A DNA stretch of 64,000 bases from Azolla caroliniana (taxonomy: Eukaryota > Plantae > Polypodiophyta): the NCBI GenBank assembly GCA_043228905.1, contig JBHGNT010000001.1, forward strand, positions 31,992,001 through 32,056,000, read 5' to 3'. Within the stretch, counting starts at the first letter, position 1, and every line of letters starts with the position of its first letter. The notes under the pieces are model-generated. The model was given only the letters and a program-made list of their open reading frames with translations. It did no database searches and was not told the DNA's origin. Below, piece by piece: positions 52,722 through 64,000 of the stretch. The position numbers and the translations under genes were made by a program.

Positions 52722-55020
52722 TGTACAGACCGAGTTACACAGTTTTTGAGTGGTTTTTGATACATATACATATGGGATGTCCATGTACCATCAACAACAT
52801 CATGAATTCAAGTGAATCCTTACAATAAGCATTGATTCCATGAGAGGACATATCAACAAATCTGTACTTATTATTTATTCAAATAAAGTTTATTGTATAT
52901 ATTTTACCATAATCAATCCCTCACAAAATCTATCTGTACTGATTAATTATGGTTCGACGCCCCCCTAATAATAACATAACAATGGGAGTCTGATCTCCAT
53001 CTCATCACTTGGACCATACTGAATGAAATGAAGACCCATTTTACACAGGTCTCACATAACAACAGGTCAAAACTTGCAAAATCCCTATCCTCTCCTACTT
53101 TAGGCTGAACCAACTTGTAACCCCCCCCCCCCAATTACCAATCATACTTGGGGCTTTACAACAATGTTCACACTACACTGAGGTGTGTGGCTAGTTTAGT
53201 ACTTACTTCATTTTATACAACTATATTTCATTATATGTTAAGGTGCGAGAATTCAAAAATAAATGTTTGGATCAAATTGAACGTGATGCCATTAAAGAGA
53301 AAGGGCATGTCCTTAAATCTAATTCCCTAACTTTGATTTCTCATTAAAAGATCAGTGCGGAGTATGTTATACGCATAACCAAGTCCTTACAAACCAATTC
53401 TACAAATCATTTTTATGGGTTGTTTTCTTTTTTTCCTTCAATGATTTTCTTCATTAGTATTAACAAAAAACACCCGAAGGCTATAACTTGAGCTTGTCTG
53501 CCCAGAAGCTTACAATTTTATTTATTCTTATACCATGCATCATATGCATGTGGATCATCACTGTTACTCCCAACATGTAAGGAATAATTAAAATCCAGCC
53601 CCCAAAATGAGCGTTGCCCTTCCATATCTCTCAAGAAAAATTGTTTTATGAGCAATAGATCCACCATATTGTGATGCCAATGCATCTCCCATATTTTGAT
53701 ACATATCCATCAGAGCATATGTTATACTGTTGTGTGAATCAATCTTTGGGAATATCTGAGAGGCTCGAGGAGAATAACTAATAATTTTTATGGGTTAAGG
53801 GTAGGGCAGTCATGAAATTGATTATCCTCATTGGAATTTGGACAAAACCATAGGGAGCCATGACACTTGCAAACATCTGGTGATTTAAGAGCCTTAAAAT
53901 CCAAATGTTTTAAGAGCCTTAAAATGGTATATTGATATATAAAGGGAACTCATCTCCTCCTTCATTACAGCACTTGAGACGTCATTGAGACTAGTGTGTT
54001 CTCTTCTTTAGATTCATCATCCAACAACAAAGGTATAACTTACCATAATATTCAATGGTATGAAAACAATAACAATCTCTTATGTTTGTCCCATGTCCGT
54101 CAATGGGGGATACATTGTGGTTGTATTAGAAAGCAACCTTACCTAACTTGAAAGAGCGAATTCAAAGAACTTATACCACTCTTTGAGAGCTAGGTATGGC
54201 TTGAGGGGATAGTAAGATGAGGTTTGATACATCTTGACACTTTAGCATCTGGCCACTTCATTGTGGGGTCAAAATGTAATATTGTAATTTTGATATTTTA
54301 GCATTTTGTTGCCAATTCATCCTTGGTACCCTTTGGCAATCTATTGTTGATCCCATATTTTTCTATATTTTTGTATAACATCGCCTAAGGACTCTAATAC
54401 AACTTTTACTCGCCATTTTTTAAACCATTTTCATAAATTCAAGCACATTATTTTCAGAAATACTATTTTGCATGCTATTTTCCAAGCCAATACTGGCAAT
54501 TTGTGGCTAGGCATATTCTTGACTTTCGTGATATACTTGTCTACTCAGGGTATGGTGGCTAGTACTTCTATGGGGAGGTCGATGACAAGATATAAGGATG
54601 CCCCTAATTGTTTGTGGATAAGAACATTCATCGATTTCGTTGCATGCATTGAGATAGTGCCACCCCAATCTAATTCCACTCTAGTATAAGCAAAATTGGG
54701 CCAGCCTAACAATGAATAACATCAACCTCAACCTTCCATCATTGTTCATTGTATTGATATTCAAACGTAGAATAACTATTTTAATCCCCACCAATTTCTT
54801 CTTCTTATTTATTTGTTTGATTATGGTCTTCATTGAACTTTAGGTCAACAAATAGAAAGGCTTTATTGCCTACTTTACGTTTGGCACTTTAATGATCCGG
54901 ATCTCTACACATACAGACAGACAGACATCTGAAGATATTATTAAGTTGGCGGTAGTTTGCTGCTGGATTGCCCTTTGATCAATATTACCTTTACCTTTTA
55001 CTAGGACTAGACCTGGCATA

Positions 55021-55338
55021 TTGACCCACCAAAAGACAAGAAGAGTCACTGCAACTTTTGCTAGCCACCTACTTTATCAGACCTCATCATTGGGAACTGA
55101 GTAACCCCTTTGAATTGCATTGCCAAAAAAAACCAAACCTGCAAAACTGAATGCATGAACATATTAAAGTCCTGCCCTTGAAAATCTCCAAAAAACATGA
55201 CACTGACTCAAGGACTTTACCAGTCAGTCGTATTGACTCATCAAGAAACCATAAGGCTGAGTCAAGGTCCTGCAATCTATAAAAAGAAAAAACATATCCA
55301 TACCTTAACTGGCCCAGAGAATTTCCTCAAAACCCTAA
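55021..55338 (+). promoter_or_regulatory. W-box cluster, TATA and telo-box upstream of copy 7
   Basis: TTGACC 55021, TTGACT 55233, AGTCAA 55260, extra TGAC cores; tataaaa ~55278; AAACCCTAA 55330. Confidence 0.5.
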
Positions 55339-55363
55339 TTCCTTCATTCATCTAGTAGTACTC

Positions 55364-56373
55364 ATGGCATTCTTCAGCCGGTCGATCTTACGCCAAAAAA
55401 TACACGAGGCTGGGCAATGTTTCTTCAACTACGAACTGGAAGCAGAAGAAAAGCTTGCAATTTTGTCTAAATTCGAGGATCTGGATGATGATGGAGATGG
55501 AAGAGTCTCATTCCAGGAGCTTCGAAGCCTGCGTAGAGTCATGGATCCAGCCTTAGCTGATATGGTTTGCAGCCTTTTTGAGTTGGCGGATAGAGACGGC
55601 AATGGCGTACTTGACTGTGATGAGTGCAAGGCACTCTTCTTTCTGATGACCATCGGGCATTTCTGCGATCTATGCAACGGGCTCATCATTCGCGATGGCG
55701 TCTCTTGCCTCGACTGCATTCCCAACGATTACGACCTTTGCGGTAACTGTGTTGATTACCATCGCGGCTACCACCACCGCTTTAAAGCCCTTCCACCCCT
55801 GATTAGTAGCAGCTTCCAGCAGCTGTTTCCACCCGCCATAGCTCTGCAGGCCCCCCAACTCCAGGTAAGAAAAAAAAAAAAAAAAAAAAAAAAAAAACAA
55901 TTTTACACTCATTAGAATCTTTGATTTGTATGTAATAATCTCATGTATATATACACACTAACACCATTGACCCCTAATCATCATAAGCAGCTCCAGAACT
56001 ACCATGAGCGCATTCTATCCCTTCCGCCCTTGGTTAGTAGCAGCCGCCACTTCCAGCCTCCATCCGGCAATGAAATCGTAGTAGCACGCCAGGTGAGGAA
56101 ACAGAAATTTTGTCATGATGATCCAACCTTATGATTTGTATGTTACACTAATATCTCATGTGTATATACATAACACTAACAAATCATTGACCCTGAATCC
56201 CCCCCCCCCCCCTTTTTTTAATTTTCGGTTGGGGACTGTAGCAGAACACTCACCACCACAACAACAACAACAACAACAATCGCAGCTTAATGCGTACTGC
56301 AGGACATGTGGTGAGTACTTTAGGTCATGTGGCTAATGTCGTGAGTCTTATCAGTTCCTGCTCTATTATGTGA
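55364..56373 (+). CDS. EF-hand/ZZ-like/CaaX family copy 7 (subfamily B, ~244 aa, ends CSIM)
   Basis: Exons 55364-55864, 55991-56092, 56242-56373. EF loops DDDGDGRVSFQE and DRDGNGVLDCDE. Best ZZ match: CDLC-x10-CLDC-IPNDYDLC-GNC..H..HH. Ends LGHVANVVSLISSCSIM*. Confidence 0.87.
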
Positions 56374-57682
56374 GAATAAGAGTTTTGAATTCTCCAATAT
56401 TTCTATCCATGCTACATTTCAAAGATGTATTTTGTTCTAAGCCTAGAGCACCACACACTTCTGTTCTGTTCTGTTCTGTTTCTTTGTGAGTACATCTAAG
56501 AACATATGTACTGTACCTAACTAAGTTCCATATTTTAGTTCCAATCATCCATTATTATTTGAAGTACCTTCTTTACCCCTTTCTACTATCTCCTTCCAAA
56601 GTTACAATAATTGCCACACGATCAAAAAGACATTGGGCAAGGGGTTCCATGATAAACTGTTAAAATTATGCGTCTTTCCATCTGCGGTACCTTTAATCAT
56701 CTATCTTTGATCGCATATTTCAGCATAGCATCGCCTGAGGACACTCAAATACATCTTTTACTCCCCATTTTTTGAAACCATTTTGTAATGTCAAGAACAC
56801 AAACCAAATGAGACGATTTTGCATCCTATATTACAAGCCCGTTTCGGCAATTTGTGATAAGGCATATTCTTGACTTTTATGATGTACTTCTATACTCTAC
56901 ATGTTTGCATGCTATCACCAAAATTGAACCACCATAACATTGAATAACATAAACCTCATTACTTTAGCATTCTTCCTCTTCTTCTTTAAATTTATTTATT
57001 TATTTATTATGCCTCATTAGTTAGCTCAACAATAGAATTCCTACTTCACGTTTGACACTTTACTGATAAGCATCTCTATACATACATACATACGTATATT
57101 TAATAATTTGGGGATAAGATTTGGGTGAAGATTAGCCAACCTACTGATGATCTTCCTCATGCACTCTATAAGTATATATATATATACATACATATATACA
57201 CACTCGTGGGGATATGATTTGAGCTTCAGAAAGTGGACATTAAATTTGGAAAGTAGACATTAAATTTGGAAAGTGGACATTAAATTTGGTGGGACCATGA
57301 CAGACACAGAGGGGGGGAGAGAGAGATCAAAGATCCATCATGCAAGTTTGAGTACCCATCCTTAATTGCAAATAGAAGGTGTACATGTAAATAACGAACG
57401 GAACAAACGAATATAAAGTCCAGTCCAGAGAGTCAAGGAAGAGTCAAGGATTGGACCCAGAAAAAGACATGAGCCTGGGTCAAGGTCCTGCAACTTTTGC
57501 TACCTAACCTACCTACCTAACTGATATCAAGAAATCATCATGCGTACCATCCTGAATTGCAAATAAAACCTGTCCATATAACTGAACCAGAGAATTTCCA
57601 AAGCTCGTAATGATTGTTTGACTTATACCCTCATTCAAATTTTCCTCAAAACCCTAATTCCATCATTCACCTAGTAGTACTC

Positions 57683-57975
57683 ATGGCAGTCCCCAGCACG
57701 GTATACGCCCAAAAAATAAACAAAGATTCTTTGACTACGGAATGAAACCAGAAGAAAAGAAAAGTCCGCAAGTGTCTCTAAATTCAGGGATCGGGATGGG
57801 AATGGAGACGGAAGTCGCTCATTCCAGGAGCTTGGAAACATGCGTAGAATCATGGATCCATCCTTAGCTGTTAGGGTTTGTCGGTTTTCTGAGTTAATGG
57901 ATAGAGTCGGCAACGGCTTCCTTAACTTCGATGAGCGGAAGGCAGGCACTCTTCTTTCTGGTTGCCAAAGAATGG
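57683..57975 (+). pseudogene. Frameshifted, truncated subfamily-B copy
   Basis: ATG in the conserved ctagtagtactcATGgca context, then early frameshifts. Residual DRDGNGDG..SFQE and DRVGNGFLNFDE loops; no ZZ or CaaX exon. W-boxes at 57431, 57442, 57478 and 57618. Confidence 0.8.
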
Positions 57976-60900
57976 TTTATGCTGTTCAATCGACCCATAA
58001 ATTATGTATATATAGGGAGAGCAAAACAAGATCATGAGTCTTACCATCAGTACTACACTCTATGACAATGCTCCATCTTTGATTACATTTAGAGTCTTCT
58101 GTTGTACGTATATCATCAAATCAGACCTATGACTTGATCTTCCCTCACTTAGTGAAATTGTTTCTTTCGCTTATCGTAGGAGAGCTTTAATGGCAGCTTG
58201 ATTTGAGAGGACAAATTTACAATGACGTGGGGCCCCAAATGCTACATTAAGCTAAATATGTATGGTCCAGATGAAACTGCATCCCAGGAATATAACAAAA
58301 TCAGAACAATTGGCAACAATGGATAAAGATCATTTGAAAGCACAGGTAAAGCCACCACATGAGGATAAGGTAAAGTGAGAGAGGGGTCACATAAAATTCC
58401 ATAGGTTTATCAATCAATATTAAGTGGGCCCTCGATCCAAACCTCATTAAATTAATCCTTTTTCATTGCAGTTATAAATTAGACAACTTAAAGCTAGTAG
58501 ATCAAAAGGGCCCCATAGATTTCCTAGTTTCTTTCTTTAGTAATAGTACACAAACACAAAGTATATGCAACATTGGGCCCACAAGAAAATACAGTCATTA
58601 TGATGTAAAGTGGCCACTCGCAACCTGCCCACTCTGACCCATATGAATGTATATAAGAAATAATCGTCATGGCATGATGCTCCATACGACTAGCAAGTCG
58701 ATGGGAAATCACATTTAGACATATAAATATTGATTCATTATGACCATAAGAAGATTTTTGTTCCAATTCATGACTAGTTGTTCTTGCTTAAGCAAAAGGT
58801 TGATGAGACAATGTGAGACTCACTGTATTAAGTGCATGACATTTAGGATACGTAACATGTGCAAAGACTACCCAAAGAAGCACAAGTATTGCAAGCATAA
58901 TGATAACAAACAGTTCACCACGCACACGGGCACTTCACCTTTGGTGACGATGCTATCTAGGTCATTTCACTTGAGCACTAAATGTCATGCCATCCAAAGT
59001 TACAACACACCACTTTTACATTTGTTTGCACTTTCTGTATTAGGAGTTGTTGCAACAAGGCAACATTGACCTCACTGAGAGTATTGGCTTAGATTTAGCC
59101 TATCCGTCACGTCTAGTTCTTTTTCCCTAATAGGCAACTTTAGTTATTTGATGTTGTTCATTTCCTTTACAAACAATGGATCTAGGAGTTTGGATATAGG
59201 ATTGTGAATACCTTATAGGATGTTAAGTATTGTTGGACATTAGCTAAAGCCCTCAAAACAAAAATCTAAAATAATAAAGGTAAGAAGTAACTCCTAATGT
59301 GAGAAATCCTTGTGATGACCCAATTGTGGAATCACTCTTGTAAGAGAAGTACATGAAAGTACATGGATTGATATGGAGATTTTGAGGCCAATGTTGATGT
59401 TGGTGATGTTGTTGGAACTTGTGCACTAGCCCCAAGAACCTACAATCCAATTTACTTCGCTACAGTATTTGCAAGATACCCATATATCAACATTTGTTAG
59501 TCGAATAGGTAGATAATTGTGCAACAATTATTTAAAATATGTGGTGCAAAATGATATTATTTTGCCTACTTGAATAACGACATAATCATGCAAATCCTAA
59601 GCAAATTTTAAATGAGGTGCTACCAATTGAAAGACATATTCATGTTTACAAGTCCTAGCAGTTCCAACTATTGCCTTTCAAGATCCTACTCACGTTCAAT
59701 GAAAAAATATTGGCAAAAAAACTAGACAAAAATATTAACAAGAAAAGCTTTATTCCATTTCAATATCATTGTGTCCATTGTTGGTATAGCACTCTAATTT
59801 GTTCACCACATTAGTGAGTGTTCATCATAGATATGACTATAAATTATAATAATGAAAAGTTGCATCAAACAAAACTTAACAATCTTAAGGCGCAAGATCA
59901 TGAGGCAAGACCAGCCAAAGTTACTATATACTCTAAAAATTCTAATACAAGGAAGTGAAGTTTAACACAATGCTATGAAATGCAAGTCACAAACCGAAGT
60001 AATGAAAATGCCACCTTTAATTCAATATTCTATGGCATGTGAAATGAATATATAGCATATGCCACTGCCATGCCATCCATTAAAAAATTAAGATTATGCC
60101 ACCTTTCAAGAAGCATGTTTCGAAACACACGTGCAAATCTTGAAAATTATTGCATTAAAAAACTAATGTCTCCCTCCAAGATACTATTAAAAATAAAGCA
60201 TTCTTCTAACACCCTACATGTTCACTAATTGAAGACAACTATGAGAACCAAATGTATGAAAAACCTACATGCTCATTATTCTTAAGGTCTACATAGACAC
60301 AGTACAAAATCCACTTAAATGCAATTACAATTAGATGCCAATAGAATTACAAACCACCACAGTGAATTCAAGTACTAGTTCAAAAATCTCTCACTAATTC
60401 AATACCATCAGTTCTTACCAAATAAACATCATATTGAAGTCCCAATATGTTTGAAAGACTTGGATAAGCTTGAAGAACTAAACCCAAAGTAGTCTCCATT
60501 TTTATAAAGCATTTTAAGCATCTTTCTATATAGTAATGATCTGTAACAGTGCTAGAGAATCAAATGACAAACAAATAAGTTAAATCTTATGAGTTTGACC
60601 ATCGAAGCCGGAAATGATCCAGAAGTGTCCTACATTAAAAATATGTCATTATAAACCTACAATAAGACATTTGTCTTTGTAACCAATCTATATTTATGCC
60701 CAAAAACTAGACATCAAGAAACTTCATCTTACCGTTTACTTGTAAATGAAATGACAGTATAGCACATTTGTCAATGTATCGCTGAACAAACATCTGATGC
60801 AAGTTAGGATTCAAGAGTTAACTAATGATACAGTTCAATGATTACCTTCATAGCTAAAGGTCATCTGACACCTGCTATTGTATCAACATTTACATCTCAC

Positions 60901-60991
60901 TAATATACGTTTTTGTCTCATTTGAGAGAAGTGTCTCAATTGAAGATATCAAACACAATTAGGTGCCAGAAGGATTCACTTAAATGTGCTG

Positions 60992-63248
60992 CTATTTTTT
61001 AAGCACAAGCTTCTCATATAGATTCACAATATCTTTCTTAGATGGGTTTCTCAATTGTAGTAGCTCCTCAGCAAACCCTGCAGCTGTAAGCTCCTGCTTT
61101 AACTTGAGGACAGTAAACCTCAAATAGTCCTGAGATTCACGCAAGTCAGCTGTTGAGTTTTCTTCCGTGTTGGGATGAGCTGCACCATTTCCAGAATTCA
61201 TGAAGGTTGACTTACGCCTTTGTGGAGTATCTATATCAAGATCCATATCCTGAGAAGACTCGTCCACACGTGCTCTTTTGTTACGTGAGGAACCACCAGC
61301 TTGTTCTGCAAGCATAGCCTTCATTTTGGTCTCCAAAGCTGTTTCATTTAATCGCACTGTGGTTAGTTCTTGTTGGAGAGCATCAAGTTTACCCTGAGTA
61401 CTCTGCATCTGTAGTGAGAGAGCTTCTGCCCGTGCACTTGCTTCTGCACGTGCCTGCCTCTCTGTAGCTAAGAGACTTTCAAGCACTTGCACAGTGTTAG
61501 CTCTCTGCTCATGTGCTGACTGCAAAAGATCCTCCATTTCTCTTTCTCTCTCCTCTAACCTTTGTTCAGTCGATGCTGCTTTAAGAATAGCTTCCTGCTC
61601 TGAAGATCTTAGCTTGTCCACTTCTGATGATAGAGCACCTTTATCCCTCGCAAGATCTTCAATGTGGCTTTTCAATCTCTCTATGATGCCAAGCCTTTCA
61701 ACAGCCACTCGCTCAACTTCTAATTTCTCCCTCTCTGCTAAAGCAGCCGTTTCTCTCGCCTTTTCAGATATCTCAGCTTGGCGCTTGGCTTCCCTTTCTG
61801 CCAATATGCATTTATTCTCAGATTCTTCTAACCTCCTGAGTTCCAGGTTCATCCGTTCTTCATTGTGCATTTTTTCCAGTTTGATCATCTCCAGCTCTTT
61901 TTCCACAGCTGCTAATGAAACTTTGCTGGAATCCGCAAGAGTTTTAAGATGTGTCAACTCTTCTCTTAATGTAATGAGCTCCTCTTCCTGTAAGTTCATG
62001 TCTGCTTCTTGATCCTGTTATAGTAAAGACACGATCCACTTTTTATGATCATCCATGGTGTTGCATTTGGATTGAGAATGGGAACTTGATCAGTTCCAAT
62101 GAAAAATGCCATTTTTGTTTTACCCTTGTATCAACACAAAAATGTTTTCTTCTATACACTGGAATGTATCTTCCCTTGTCCAAGGGCTTGACGACATTAC
62201 TGGTTAATGATGCAAATTTTACCTTAAGATGAGTATTCAAAGCAGCCAATTGCATTTCTGCATTCTCAGCTTTGGTGTGTGCAGCATTTAGCTCTCTTTC
62301 CTGAAGACCAGAAACCAATTAGCAAATGGACAATATAATCACAAAAGATATACAGACATACCTTCAAAGCCATTGCAGAACTGAAATCTGCCCTGAGTGA
62401 ATCTTCCCGTGCTTGGGCTTGCTTCGCGGCCAATTCCTGTGCAGTAGAAAGCTTTATCATGGCCTCTCTCGCATCCTTCACTGCAACGTCATGCTTTCTT
62501 CTCCATTCAGATGCTTCTTCTTTTGCAGCCTCTGCTTGTTCCCGAGCAGCAGCAAGTCTTGCCTCAGCAGAGCTGCATCGGCTTTTCAATGTTGCGTTTT
62601 CTCCAACAATGCGCTCTTCGTCTGCCTTTCGGGAAGACAACAAGTGGTCATATTTAGTTCGCCAATCAGAAGCCTCCTTCCTTGTTACTTCAAGTTCATA
62701 AGAAAGATTTGCTGCACTTTCTTCCAAAGCACTATACTTGTTCTGAAGAAGGCTATATCTCGATTCAGATTCCTCTGAGGATGACTTATGCTCTAACCCT
62801 AATGTTTCAAATCTCTTCTTCCATTCCTGTACATCTCTCTGAGAAGAATCTAACTGCTTTCCAAGCAGCATTAACCTATCTTCCAGAGAACGACATTTAA
62901 GCTGAAGTGCAGCGTTATCATTAGCCTTCTGATCATTTAACTTCTTTACCAGGTCTAATAAAGGACCGTCAAAGCTGTTATAAAGGTCAACAGAAGCAGA
63001 AAGTCACAAATTGATACTACAGAACTTTCAGATTGTGCAAGCAAAACTTTAATATTTTAAACAAAAAACTATCTACAAAACCACTAGGACTACAAATAAC
63101 TCTCTTTTTAATACAGCCACATGTCTGTTCTTGTTATTGCTTCATCTGTTCTTGTTACAAACCTTTGCTGCAAAAACTTTGCCATCTTTTTCCATTTTGT
63201 AGGTCCAAAAGTGTTTTTTTCATAATCTACGAGCAGTCCATTGAGAAC
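60992..63248 (-). CDS. Guanylate-binding-protein-like (GBPL3-like) gene, last four exons; the GTPase exons presumably lie beyond the window
   Basis: Exons 63248-63163, 62974-62362, 62300-62223, 62014-60992, in frame. GPTKWKKMAKFLQQSFDGPLLDL, a long coiled coil, and C-terminal DYLRFTVLKLKQELT..LLQLRNPSKKDIVNLYEKLVL typical of plant GBPL proteins. Confidence 0.82.
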
Positions 63249-64000
63249 CTGCGATCATTATGAATAATAATAGCACCCTCAAAACCTTTTCTTCAAATAA
63301 ATAGATGCATACAAAACAATGACCCATCTCAAAAAGAAATTAATATCTAAAATGGTCTATGGTAAGTAAGGTTATACCATATTGTCCCAATTTCCAGTTT
63401 ATTTAAACCATAAAAACAATAAGGAAAGATCTACATCAGCAATACATAAAAAAACTAGGATTAAAGACTACCTGATATAAAGACTCTTGTGGGTATAATA
63501 TAGTTCTAATGTGATATATCATGTTTACAGGAAGTCTGCATAAAGGAATACAACGCATCTGTTACTAAAAAACATGGGATTTCCTCATAACGATGTCGAT
63601 GCTTGCTTAAGTGGCCACTCTTCAGAACAACAGTAACACACATCCATCGTTAGTGTCTACCTCTATCTCATCTAAAAGATTATCATGAGCTATGAGTGAG
63701 TCTACTATCTGGTGCTACACGCAGTGTGAGTTTATCTCCACATCCAATATAAAGACAAAGATTGCTTTAGAGATGATTAAAACAATGTCAGGATTCTTAT
63801 CTCAGCCTATATGCAGTATGAAGAATGATGCTACTCACCTAAGCCTTCCGGCACAGTGGATGCAGACAGCAGCATACTTCGGTATCATGCTGAATGAAAG
63901 TCTTCCAGACTGGCCTCATTACAGGGTATGGAACTGGAGCAAACTTAACAAAGCCATTTTGACTTCTACTTAGAAGGTAAGTGGATCCGATTACTTTGGG

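Noticed and set aside
63692-63973. 93-aa plus-strand ORF or possible extra GBPL exon
   Set aside because: No similarity to the expected upstream GBPL sequence in the frames checked. Treated as intronic.

Overview
Land-plant nuclear DNA with GT-AG introns, (GA)n/(CA)n microsatellites and LTR debris; the species cannot be determined from the sequence. The left flank holds a 9-exon ribose-phosphate pyrophosphokinase (PRS, +) and a 5-exon peroxisomal 2,4-dienoyl-CoA reductase ending in SKL (-). The right flank holds the 3' part of a guanylate-binding-protein-like gene (GBPL3-like, -). Between them (~8.8-58 kb) is a birth-and-death tandem array of an uncharacterised gene family: 7 apparently intact copies and at least 6 broken or remnant copies. 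Spliced by hand, each intact copy encodes two EF-hands, a ZZ-type zinc-finger-like module, a hypervariable P/Q/H-rich linker and a small last exon. That exon ends in a CaaX prenylation motif (CSIM in 6 copies, CPIM in 1), which the ORF track shows for only one copy. The array was built by nested segmental duplications. It carries PRS fragments, a fossil junction fusing the right-flank GBPL gene to the left-flank PRS gene, CDS-less 'empty' cassettes, a captured anthranilate synthase fragment and a ~9 kb nested transposon block. One subfamily has W-box-rich promoters. All alignments were done by eye; no database search was possible.
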